DNA of 63,295 bases, filler included, from Neolecta irregularis DAH-3 (Eukaryota), in assembly GCA_001929475.1 (NCBI GenBank). It is 10 parts of 10 records of this genome, joined end to end, with 100 filler letters (N's around TTAATTAATTAA, not from the genome) between each part and the next. Parts side by side here need not be neighbours in the genome. Positions count along the whole stretch, not along the records: positions 52,487 to 56,361 come from LXFE01000622.1; positions 56,462 to 59,451 come from LXFE01000624.1; positions 59,552 to 63,295 come from LXFE01000625.1; 7 more parts are not named here. One strand, 5' to 3'. A program made the translations under genes and the position numbers. This document shows positions 52,547 to 63,295 of this stretch, piece after piece (the stretch's first letter is position 1; each line of letters opens with the position of its first letter). The notes under the pieces are model-generated. The model saw only the letters and a list, made by a program, of their open reading frames with translations. It searched no databases and had not been told where the DNA came from.

Positions 52547-52883
52547 AGAACAAATGTTAGCTTATTCATGGGATATACCGTTCACCCGTCGGAAAGACAA
52601 ATTCCCGGCTCGAGACTAGAACAAATTTTCCCTTTAACAATATTTCTGAACAAAAAAAGATACATTAATAAATTCTAATAATGTCCCTTTGCGACCTTAT
52701 AGCGTGATATTGTCAATTCGTTCACACAAGACTACTTCCAAAATAGGGATAGGTCAAGTTATTCGTACATCAAGACTTCTGTAAACATGACGAAAACTTG
52801 CTTTAGGGAAAATTCGGGTTTTGCTGGCCTCGTTGCTTTCTTGACTCTCTGGAATAAAACCATGGAGAATTTTCACAGCTTGA

Positions 52884-53870
52884 GTGTCATCACTTTGGAT
52901 CACCTTTCTCAACTTGCCTCGAACATTAGAAATACCAATGTCTGTGGAAACAGCCCACAAAAGAAAGATTCATATCGCGAGACTTTTACGGTCGCCAGCT
53001 GTTCTTGGAGATAGAGCAATGAAATGTCTTACACCGGTTTCTATGAGAAGCCTTAATAAAGGCATTCGAAAGCGACTGGGAACTCTACGTAAAAGTAAAA
53101 AAGCACACAGGTTCCAGATATCACTCTCTCCGCTTATTGACCCCTTAAGAGTAGAAGATCCTACTTCTGCGATGCTTATGGACGAAGCAGTTTCCTTTTA
53201 CTCTGAGCGAAACGTGAATTTTAGACACCACATCTCTGTACTTTCGTCTTCACCTCTGAGTCAAGTCGAAACCAACCCCGATGGAACAACAAGCAATGGC
53301 CGTCAAAAAGCAGTGAAGAAATCGATGCTCGATTCCTTCTTTTCTATCACATTTGACAACAAAATCAACCCGCCTGTAGAGACTCTTCAAGTTTATGGCC
53401 TGTTTAAAAAAGAATTAGATAACGAAATCAAAAGCGAAGAAGATGAAAGGGATCATACAAGTGCACGAAAAGATAGTACTATGTCGTCAATTCATCATGA
53501 GAAAGTAGACCGGAACCCTCAACTTCCTTCCCGCCTCCAAAAACGCGCTGCCACACATGAAACGCACGACTCATTAGGAACGTTTCAAGGTCAGTATTTT
53601 AACTTTTCTGGATCAGAAGAAGGCGTCTCTGAGAAGAATCTGTCGACTCCTTTATCAGAACGCCACAAAGACGGATATTCCCCGGATAGCAGCAGACCAG
53701 ACTCTGGTGTAAAGGTTAGCGATTCCTTGAAAAGGGACTATGAAATTTACGACTTATATTTAAAATTGCAGAAGAATCCTCCTACTGGATATCGACATGA
53801 GGAGATTGACGTGTCAAGGATGAACGACAAACAATATTTCAGGCATGTCTTTATGTTGGACTACCTTTAG
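52884..53870 (+). CDS. Hypothetical lineage-specific protein (328-aa ORF; first ATG 52938)
   Basis: Long open frame, S/E/K-rich, no recognised domain. Confidence 0.45.
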   Translation: MSSLWITFLNLPRTLEIPMSVETAHKRKIHIARLLRSPAVLGDRAMKCLTPVSMRSLNKGIRKRLGTLRKSKKAHRFQISLSPLIDPLRVEDPTSAMLMDEAVSFYSERNVNFRHHISVLSSSPLSQVETNPDGTTSNGRQKAVKKSMLDSFFSITFDNKINPPVETLQVYGLFKKELDNEIKSEEDERDHTSARKDSTMSSIHHEKVDRNPQLPSRLQKRAATHETHDSLGTFQGQYFNFSGSEEGVSEKNLSTPLSERHKDGYSPDSSRPDSGVKVSDSLKRDYEIYDLYLKLQKNPPTGYRHEEIDVSRMNDKQYFRHVFMLDYL

Positions 53871-56186
53871 AAGTCCCTGTGGTACCAAGCATCTGGAAGG
53901 TCCATCTGAAGTCGAAGGAATGTATTCAACCTAAATTGCTGGTTCATTGGAATATCGCTACCAAGCAAGTCATGTCAATAAATTACAAAACAAAAGGAAA
54001 GGAAAAGAAACTTGAACATATTAAAGATTATGTCGGATCATTGCTACATTATTTGAGATTATAGAAGCTTTGCAGAAAAAAATGATTTTATCCCTTCAGA
54101 AAATCATATTATATATACAAAAAAGTAAACAGATAAGCCTTGCAGCTAGCTGGACATTTAAATACTTGGGAAATTTTCCAATTTTTGTATAATTATACAA
54201 CGCTGGGGCAGAGTATGGGAGTAGCTGCGAAGAAATCCCTCGCGGAATGCAGGTATAAAGTGGTCAGACCCTGAAAAAAGTATATAGAAAAACGATGAGC
54301 AAGGTAACGACGAATGCGAAGTTCGAAAATATTTTCCTCGCTATCATTGCTAGTTACGTATCAATGAAAAAAAGGTGCCACTTGGTTAGGTCATATTCTG
54401 GTATGATAACGGTAATTCGTTAGTGGTGTGAAACCAGAACATGCAACGAAAGCAGGATTATCGAGAAAAAGCTGTCACCGTAGAACAAACGGGTGAAATC
54501 AAGATAGTGAACGCGCTGATCATCAATATCATAACACTGTCCAAACGATAATCGATGGAAAAATCGCAACCTTCTGAATATCGGGATCAGGCAGACGAAA
54601 TAAATCACTTGGATTAGTTCCCTTTCAAAATAGACGGTAGAGGACATGTTCTTCCATTTCATACGATTGTCTTGGAGAGTAATACCGTGGCTCGAGGCGT
54701 GACACGAAACTGAAACTGAATTCGAAAGAGAATAAATAATGTGCAGCTGATCCCAAATATGCTTCCAAAATGAACAGACCCCGTGGCTCCGCCTCCGCTA
54801 GACTATTCCAGCGAGATATAGGTGGCACTCGCAGAGGCTATAAAGCAAACAGGAAAACCGCTCAATGTCTGGTGCATTCCTCCGTTTACAATAATCTGAA
54901 ACAAGGTCGCTTGCTCTCCCGCAGACCTTTTCGTTCATCTCGGCAGCTCCGCCAAAACAAATACTCTTCTACCTCATCGTCGTAATCTTCGTAGTGATTG
55001 GAGGATATGCCAAATTCAAGAACCTATATACCGGTATCGTTCACCAGCCTGAGAACTGCTTCATTAATGGTTACAGACTCATTGCCGACGAATGGTCGCC
55101 GAGCACGTCGGGCCCGGAAGCTCGTTGTAGATCGACCACCTCAGGCTACTAGCCGCGCTTCGACTAGTCAAAAGGAAGCTCTGTCTGAGTACGAGCTTTA
55201 TGTCTTGAGAAAATATTGCGCCTGAGGTGAAATGTACCTAATATTCTGATAGATGGAACATGCCAATGATGATGACTCTTTATCTTTTTGTCATTCTTTT
55301 GCCATGAAATCCTTTCAGGTCGAAATCTAGCCATATTTGTTATCAAATATCAGATAGGCGTCGTTCAGTGAAATGGCTTGTTTCGACATACCTAAAATGT
55401 CTCTTAGTATACAGGGTATCTTGCAATCTATAGATGACGTAACATCGAGACTATGAAGTGCTATAATGTAAAATGCAAAGCAATCAACAAGCTTGCCATC
55501 CGATTCAACTCTATAAATGAACCATAAGCTTTCTGTGGTCTGGCTCCTCATATCTACAAGTTTGTACGCGAAGATATGTTAGGAAGAGAGTCCCTGATAT
55601 TGACCATAATACGAGCTCACAGGTTGGAAAAAACACAAGCATGGAAAATTTTGAACTAGGGAGAAGTGATAATACTCAACTTTGCAGGTCGACTTTTATA
55701 CAACCGCCTACAAATTCTCAACATGAGCATTAATAATTTTCTATGAAATAAAACTTTGCAGTTATGCTCTTGAATCATGGCCTATCGATTTCTCGGCAAT
55801 GGAATCGATCAGACGGAAATCATTCAAATTATATTTGTCGACTACTATTAGAGGGAGTTCAGAGATTTTATCTCGACATTCGAAAGCAGCTTAGTCTATC
55901 TTGTGATCTATTCGCACTGATCCCAGAATTTTGAATTCAGTCATATGTCGAAAGATAATCAATAATGCAATTTATCAGTCATTACATATTCTGATAGGAT
56001 AGAATACTTTATCGATGTTGACTTAGAAAGTTCAACAATGCCCTATTTTAGTATCCGATAGCACCTTACTACCGGCTTTGGATTCAAGACTCGAAGAATT
56101 TATTGGATCTCGAATTCAACGGAAAAAAAGACAAACCTCTTGAGAATTCATGGATCTGCCCACCCTGCATTTTCAGAAATCATTAC

Positions 56187-56310
56187 CAGACTTGCTATTA
56201 AGTAAGTCTGTCAAGTAAGACTTGCTTACTTACTTGCTTTGTTGCCCAAAATTAGCAAGTAAGCAAGTCTAAAAGGGTAGACTTGCTTACTTGGGCTTGG
56301 TAGACTTGAT
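56187..56310 (+). mobile_element. Left terminus of an element related to the 13975 MITE
   Basis: Begins CAGACTTGCTATTAAGTAAG and carries the same ACTTGC/AAGT arrays. No right TIR is visible before the gap. Confidence 0.75.
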
Positions 56311-56607
56311 AGTAATATCATAATAAAAGTTGGGTACACTGTACGTATGCCACACATATTCNNNNNNNNNNNNNNNNNNNNNNNNNNNNNNNNNNNNNNN
56401 NNNNNTTAATTAATTAANNNNNNNNNNNNNNNNNNNNNNNNNNNNNNNNNNNNNNNNNNNNAGCGTGAGGAGGGTGAGATGGAAGAGGCGGGCGAGATGG
56501 ACTGGCAAGGCGGGCAGGCGAGGCCGGCAGGCGAGGCCGGTAGAAAGGCGGTTAGGGAGGAGACATGGGAGGAGAAGGGCTGCATAGTATTATTTAATAT
56601 CATGTGA

Positions 56608-56752
56608 AAAAGCCCGTTTCGGCCCATGTAGGCCATGGGCCAATGGGCCGGGCCAAGAAAAAAGCCTGGCCCGTGAGCTTGGGCCAACAAGAAAGCCCGG
56701 CCCATGGGCTTAAAAGCCTATGGGCTAAGCCCATTGCCCATTGCCAACACTG
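56608..56752 (-). mobile_element. Terminus of a hAT-like element with TGGGC/GCCCA subterminal repeats
   Basis: Minus strand begins CAGTGTTGGCAATGGGCAATGGGC. Dense GGGCC/GCCC arrays in both orientations extend toward the gap. Confidence 0.65.
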
Positions 56753-56778
56753 CTTATATATTTGAAAGTTAATGGTTT

Positions 56779-59451
56779 CTATTTATGTAGTGGTTTCGTA
56801 GTGGTGGACATCCGTTGTTGATGATTTGATTCCTCAGTCAGGGTGGAGGTCCCTTGTTGATGATTTGGTTCTTCAGTCGACATCGTCATCGACTGATTTG
56901 TAAATTTCTGTTGAATCATCTTATAATGCAATAATTCCTTTTCACTGACACTAGGAACCAACCCCTTCAACGCCTCCTCGAAATCTTCTTGTCCAACAAC
57001 AACACGAATATCTTCTTTTGTAGCCACCTTTTCAAAAAAGAAGGTCGTACTAGGTATATTATCTTTTTTGATTTTAAAATCGACTAGGGAAGCCATTCTT
57101 GACATGCTTTTTAGGATTGCATCAGAACAAAGCGCATATAAATCTGCTCCTGTGAGATTCAATGGACACTTTTCAGCAAGTTTTTCCAGCGATAAATCAG
57201 GTGACAAATTGAATCTGAAGGATCAACATTTTATTTCAGAGACAGAAGGGTGATACTTTCGGGTGAGTGCTTCAAGGATATCAAGTTGTTGTTTATGAGT
57301 TGAACAAACACCCAAATAAAGCATTTTATCAAATCTTCCTGGACGAAGTAATGCGCTATCCAATAAATCAGGCCGATTCGTAGCTCCAATGATGAAAACA
57401 CCACTGTCATCTCCAGAATTAGACATTCCATCTAATTCAGCTAATAATTGAGAGACAATACGATCCATTACACCGCCACTATCTCCTTGATTCCCACGTT
57501 TAGGCGCGATTGAATCTAATTCATCAAAGAATACAACACAGGGCTTGGCATCTCGTGCTCTTTGAAATACTCGTCGAACATTTGCTTCTGATTCACCGAT
57601 ATACATGTTCAACAACTCTGGTCCCTTGATACTGAAAAAATTTAGGGAAAAAGTGGTAGCTACTGCTTTTGCCACGAGCGTTTTTCCAGTCCCTGGTGGT
57701 CCATAAAGTAATATCCCTGAACGCTTTTTCATTCCAGAAGCAAAGAGATGGGGATTTTGAAGGGGAAGGTGAATTGTATCCAATATATCTTTTTTCACAT
57801 AGATTAAGCCACCGACATCGTCCCACGATACATTTGGAATTCTCGGAGCACCAATGCTATCACTGTAATTCCTTCTTGCTTCTGAAATTGCCTTTTCGAA
57901 ATCGCAAGAGGCGATTAGAATTCCTGCAATTTGTGCGTCGTCACCATATTTTTCCATGTGTGAGAACGCAAGGAATTTTGCACGGGAGACTACGTCGACC
58001 AGATCTGCTGCCACTAGAGCTGCCGAACGGATTGCCAGAGTGGAGAGATGGACGTCTGGAGACAGGGCAAGGGATTCAGTTAACGTGGATAGGATTTCCG
58101 TGCGTTCAGATTCAGAGGGAGCCTATAATTAGCTGGGTGATTGGGAGATATGTTATACGTTAATGTAAAGCTCATGTTGAAAACAATCAACTAGTTCATC
58201 TGCAATTTTATCCTTGTCACAGCTTGTGCCTATTAATACCAGAGGAAACTCTGTATTCTTTATAGCAAGACACTCGTTGAAAAAAGTATTTATGCCGAAT
58301 TCTGTTAAATTAATTAGGATATGATATATTACCACCTTCAAGAGTCTGGGATTTCTTAGCTAGGGCGTCGATGTGGGTTAATAGTAATATACACGGCGCA
58401 GACTGATTAGCCCATTCAAACCGAACTTGTAAATGTGCTCTCGTTTTAACTAGACTTTCTCCAATAATTTCATAGCAGTTTACCTGAAATTTTAAATAGA
58501 TCCACGACGATATATACCTCTAATAAATTCATTCCCAAGTCTCTGGAAACGCAGTCTATTAATGATCGCTTACCAACACCGCGTTGGCCATGTAAAAGTA
58601 TACTCAAGCTTTTACAAGATAATCTTGAAAAAGAAGAATCAACGAGATCTCGAAGACGTGCAAAACTGGAATTAAACAACACGGAATTATGTTTTGGAAT
58701 AGGAAGTCGGTCTAGAGTTAAAACACATACAAATAAAAGAAGTTACCCAAACCGAGGTATTTGTGGTATGTTACAATTGGAAGACGATGACAAGTACTGC
58801 CTATTTGAACTGTTTTTGTAATTGAGAAGTCTACTAGGGCTTCTGCATTATAGTCTATGCCTGGGATAGCGGCTACTTTGTACCAGGCGATAGTAGTTGG
58901 GTTTGTAATTTGGGATGGCAAGTCTTCTGGATCGGGGAATGCGCGGGCTAGAACTTGGTCGATGAGGATTGGAAAGAGATCGCCTTGACGCAGGATGCGG
59001 TGGTGCGATTCAAAGTAGGATTTTAGGGCCTGTATGAAGGCGTTTTCGAGGGATTTATCGATATGGGCTGGGGAGGATACGCGGTAGAGGGAAATCTGTG
59101 AGGCTGTTTTGATTTGTGGCGTGATGTGGCGGATTGTAGTGGATGCAGGGGAACCCAGGTTGTGGTGGAGGATGGGACTAGTGTGTATTCCGTGGGGGAG
59201 GGAAGGGTATGCGAATATTCTTGCGGCACTGCTATTCAAGAGGACCCAGTCACCGCTAAAGCACGGGATTTTAGCCAAGGTTGCTAGATTTGCAAAGACG
59301 ATTCTTTCTGGATCGTCGAGCTGGGCTGGCTGAGGTTGGAGGAGATGAAGGTGGATTTTGCGGGTCAATGGGGCTGTGCTGATCGAAGTGATGGAGGCAG
59401 TTCCCAGGAGAAAGTTTGAAAGCGGGATGTGGTCTGGGAGGGCGGGAGGGG
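56779..59451 (-). CDS. PEX6: Peroxisomal AAA+ ATPase Pex6, multi-exon, 5' end at or beyond gap
   Basis: [101 protein letters not shown]. Confidence 0.96.
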
Positions 59452-60012
59452 NNNNNNNNNNNNNNNNNNNNNNNNNNNNNNNNNNNNNNNNNNNNTTAAT
59501 TAATTAANNNNNNNNNNNNNNNNNNNNNNNNNNNNNNNNNNNNNNNNNNNNTCTAGAAGAGTGGGAAGCGTGATATAGTAGGTAGGTTCTAGAAGAGTGG
59601 GAAGCGTGATATAGTAGTGGAGATGCTGGTGAATAATCAGTACAAAAGTTGAAGTAACTTTGACATGTCATTTGCAGAGGGCTGTCCGGATAGAGGAATT
59701 ACTTGGCTATTGACGTTCCAGCCGCAAGACACATGCCATAACAAGAGGAGAATAAGAAAGGAATAGGTAAATGAATTCCATGAGCGAATCAACTTCAATT
59801 GCTCTAGGCGACCGGACACTTCGCCCAGGGGCAGTCATGGGGTGCCTCAATTGAGGACGCGTGTTTAACGAGTGGGGGATGGAGATGAAGAGGGTGATAG
59901 CCTCAGTAGGAAGCACTACCGAGGGAGTGACGTTGATTAGAGGGGAGGTGACGATAACCAAATCAGATGTCCTTGATCGATTCTTTGCCTCACATGAGTA
60001 TGGTCCCTTGAG

Positions 60013-60498
60013 TTATAATGAGAACGAGCCGCCTTCCCCGAACCAAAAATACACCAAAGTGACCATCAAACTTGCCAAAGCGTAATGAAGATCTAGTTCC
60101 GCGATCCACCATACCCAGAGAGTACCTACAGCTGGTGCAGCTTTCTCAGTTGGTAAGCAAAACTTGAGTTGAAAAAGAAGAGCACCATTGCGGCCATATA
60201 TCCTGATTTATTTATCGTATAAACAATCCAGTTTCCACAGATTGTTGCTCCGGCGGTCAGTAGTAATTGAGCGAAAGCACTTTTGCGATAGTTGTGTACT
60301 ATGTGTAGGAGGAATAATAGCACTTCTTCAGAGGATGTATGAAAGGAGGGGAATACCGGGCATCATCTTGCCGGTATGCGCACACAATTCGTATAAAGTA
60401 GGATTTGATCCATATTGGGCGTGGATCAGTATGTCGAGGAGAAAGTGTAGACCGGTAATAGGGAACAGATAAAAGGAAATGGCCCAGTTTATGGTCAT
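60013..60498 (-). CDS. Small conserved fungal multi-pass membrane protein of unknown function, multi-exon
   Basis: Spliced MTINWAISFYLFPITGLHFLLDILIHAQYG..YTINKSGYMAAM..APAVGTLWVWWIAELDL..LASL..YFWF recalls a conserved fungal DUF. An upstream exon is possible. Confidence 0.65.
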
Positions 60499-60686
60499 AA
60501 AGTAGTGTCTTTTAGTTTAGAGGGGTTCGAAGCTAGATACATTGATTCCCGGTTTGTTGATTTTAAATTAGGGTTTTGTAACAATTGAACTAGAGCAGAA
60601 ATAGTGTTGAAAAATGTAAATTTGTGCAAATATTGTCGCTAGTTGGTGGAACGTCTCGCTTTGACCTCTTCAGACCGGGCCACGAA

Positions 60687-61258
60687 ATGAAACATCAATT
60701 ATCCCCGACAAAGGACGAGTCCTCTTCCAAGCGATCTGCCAATAGCGATCCCTCGGATGCGATTCCTCTCCTTGTTCAAAAATTGTCACAAGATGCAAAG
60801 ATGCCAACAAAGGGAAGTATCTACAGTGCTGGATGGGATTTGTATTGGTAGAACTTTTCCCAAGGGGTAACTGACGAGGAGCTCCAAGGAGACAGTCATA
60901 CCTCCTTGCGGAAAAGCACTGGTTGAGACGTCGATCTCGATTGCTTGTCCAGCGGGGACTTATGGGCGAATTGCGCCTCGATCTGGGCTGGCGGCTAAGA
61001 ATTTTATCGATGTTGGAGCAGGTGTTGTCGATTCTGATTATCGAGGGGAGGTCAAAGTTTTGCTCTTCAATTTCGGGAAGGACGAGTTCCGAGGTTTGTA
61101 GATCACATTAGGGGCAGTATTAACAAACAGTTGATCAACACGAAAGGATTGCCCAGTTGATTCTCGAGAAGATTTACGTGACTGAAGCGCTAGAGGTTGC
61201 GAGCTTGGAAGCAACGGAACGCGGCATGGGCGGGTTTGGGAGCACGGGAAGCAAGTAG
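60687..61258 (+). CDS. DUT1: dUTP diphosphatase, 3 exons
   Basis: [57 protein letters not shown]. Confidence 0.96.
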
Positions 61259-61519
61259 ACCCAGACCGTTTGTTGCAGATCTGAATGACGTCGCGCAAGT
61301 GATCACGTGCATGCATTGAAGAGGATCTTGTTTGCAGCGGGAGGCAGCGGGCAGGCCCAGCCAGCAGGCGCGGCAGCTTCCGCGAGGTGCGGGAGGAGAG
61401 CGGGCGGGTCAGCTGCGGTGCGCGGTGGAGAAGGGCACCTGCGAGCGGAGTGTGTTGCGTCGGTGGCGCCGCGGGCGGGAGGACGCGCGAGGAAGGGCGG
61501 GCGCAGAGCAGGCCGGCCG

Positions 61520-61822
61520 GCGAGGCAGAGGCAGAGGCAGAGGGAGAGGCAGAGGCAGGCCCGGGCAGCGCAGGCAGCAGCAGCAGCAGCAGCGCAGCAG
61601 CGCAGCAGGGCGTGCGTGCGTGCGCTGCGTGCTCCACCACCACACACACGCCCCCGGCCAGTCCCTGGTTGGTCCTGCCACCCTCTGCCGCCGCGCGCTC
61701 TCCTGTCTCTGCCGCGCGCTCTCCTGTCTCTGCCGCGCGCTCTCCTGTCTCTGCCGCACGCTCCCGCTGCTCCCGCTGCTCCCGCTGCTCCCGCTGCTCC
61801 CGCTGCTCCCGCTGCTCCTGCC
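61520..61822. repeat. GC-rich micro/minisatellite cluster: (GGCAGA)n, (CAG)n, 21-bp x3, (GCTCCCGCT) x6-7
   Basis: Seen directly between DUT1 and BNI4. Confidence 0.92.
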
Positions 61823-61926
61823 GTGCTGCTGTGCCGCGCACTCCCTAACCCCGCTGACGGTCCCAGCACAGGCACTCCTTGCCGCCTGCCCCGCCCCAGC
61901 ACCGGCCCTCCTTGCAACAGCCTCGC

Positions 61927-63157
61927 ATGGCGTTGGTACATACCGCCCCTCCATCTGCCTTTGCCCCCTCTGCCGACGCCATCCTGCAGCACATGGACTT
62001 CCAGGCCGCCTTTGTCGACATCAGGCCCTCCAGCGCCGTCGACCCGCGACACAGCAACGCCCTCTACTCGCCCGGACACGCCCGGGCTGCCAGTACTTCC
62101 TCAATTGGGTCCCGCTCCGCCCCCCACGCAGCCTGCTAACGCCATGCAGCCACACCCGCAAGCGCCATCCTCAGCACAACGACTCGGTGAGCTCGGTTCC
62201 GGTAATCGATCCAGCGCTGGCCGTCTTCAAGAGCACCGCCGGCGACGATGTTACACAGCTGTCTATAGCTGCCCTGCCCTCTGACCCAGAGCCCTGCGGC
62301 GACGCCCAGCTGCCCTCCCCCGTCGAACCCCGGGAGGAGGATCTCCCAGAACCCGCTCCCACCCCCGCGCCCTTTTCAGGAAAGAAAGGACTCAAGGCGA
62401 GACTGCGCAGAGCCCTCTCGTTCAGCGCGGCTTCCTCCGTCAGGCCACCAATGCCTGACGGCTTGTATTCGCTTCCGCAAAACAGCTCTACCGACAACAT
62501 ATCGATAGCCTCGACTGCCTCGTCTGCAAGTGTCGTGCTCCGTAAGATGGGGAAAGGACTCCGCCGATCGTCGAAAAATCTCGCTGGAATATTCAGACCT
62601 AGAATGGTGGAACAAGAGCCTGGTTTCCAAAACTACTGCCCGCTACCCGTCCTCCCAGAAATCTGTCGCGTTACCGTCGAAGTCGAGAATGGTTCCCCCA
62701 GCAGCTTGGACGTCCCCGCCGAACTTCGACGAAAGAGCGTATTTATAGAGAGACCTATGGATCGGGTTCCATCGAAAGAGACAATAAACAGTTCCAAGAC
62801 AAAAGGCATACTGAAACGTATCGTTCCATTATTTGCCAAAAATTAATAGCTCCAGCAAGTCCGAATACCAGCCCGGTGCTGCAGCAGAGCGAATTCATTG
62901 CATGTAACGGGGAAAAAAGAAATATTTCGTTTTCTCCACGAATTACTATCCACGACACTTGGCCTTCTGCAGAATACGACCGACGAGGAGAAGTTGCTAC
63001 GTGTAATCGATTGACACCAGCATTAGCTCAACGAATCAAGGAAGTATGCATAGATCCATCTTTTTGCCCAATTGACCTTGTTTAGGAACTCAATGCTTAC
63101 AAGATGGAAGAAATGCAAGTCGCAGAAACAAGCCGTGTCTATACCCACTTCTTTTAG
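61927..63157 (+). CDS. BNI4: Bni4-like PP1-targeting protein, multi-exon
   Basis: RLRRALSFS, STDNISIASTASSAS, KGILK, ISFSPRITIHDTWPSAEYDRRGEVATCNRLTPALAQRIKEELNAYKMEEMQV..YTHFF*. Confidence 0.88.
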
Positions 63158-63295
63158 CGATTCCCTTTTTTTCCCAACCGAATCAACTCATACAGATTTC
63201 GAGGACGCTACACAGATACAGATTAACCAGATTTCTCTTTTGTTTGTTTTATTTTGGGGTAGGGCAGAGGCGCAGGGAGTTTGTCTTTTTTTTTT

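Noticed and set aside
59552..59618. Roughly 36-bp tandem duplication (TCTAGAAGAGTGGGAAGCGTGATATAGTAG) at a contig start
   Set aside because: Could be a real minisatellite or a contig-end artefact. No function can be supported.
61038..62284. Several long overlapping ORFs on both strands
   Set aside because: Explained by GC-rich, stop-poor repeats. Only DUT1 and BNI4 show conserved motifs.

Overview
Eukaryotic (fungal) nuclear DNA: a compact, gene-dense scaffold with many very short spliceosomal introns (about 34-45 nt where I reconstructed them by hand). Gene content and intron style suggest an early-diverging ascomycete (Taphrinomycotina, Neolecta-like); this is inference, not a database match. 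Nine 100-nt assembly spacers (N44-TTAATTAATTAA-N44) split the window into ten contigs, so adjacency across gaps is not guaranteed. Recognisable genes: HSP60, UFD1, a LicD/Mnn4-like protein, EDE1, a mug163-like protein, glucokinase/hexokinase, Polo kinase, TOP1, NCE102, DPL1, MRPL33, SEC6, SPO22/ZIP4, MED18, an RDS2/AcuM-like Zn2Cys6 factor, UPF1, YRB1, PEX6, DUT1 and BNI4. The accessory DNA clusters at contig edges: a complete 149-bp hAT-type MITE with a perfect 8-bp target-site duplication, three more CAG-initiated hAT-like termini, a dispersed repeat with a zinc-knuckle remnant and a conserved hairpin, a TLH/RecQ-like C-terminal fragment, a decayed CCT2 fragment, and a C(UUCG)G-capped hairpin followed by a T8 run. 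I see no CRISPR array, tRNA or rRNA gene. I cannot demonstrate a new biological system; the mobile-element and structured-RNA candidates are the best leads. Multi-exon CDS coordinates are start-to-stop spans inferred manually.
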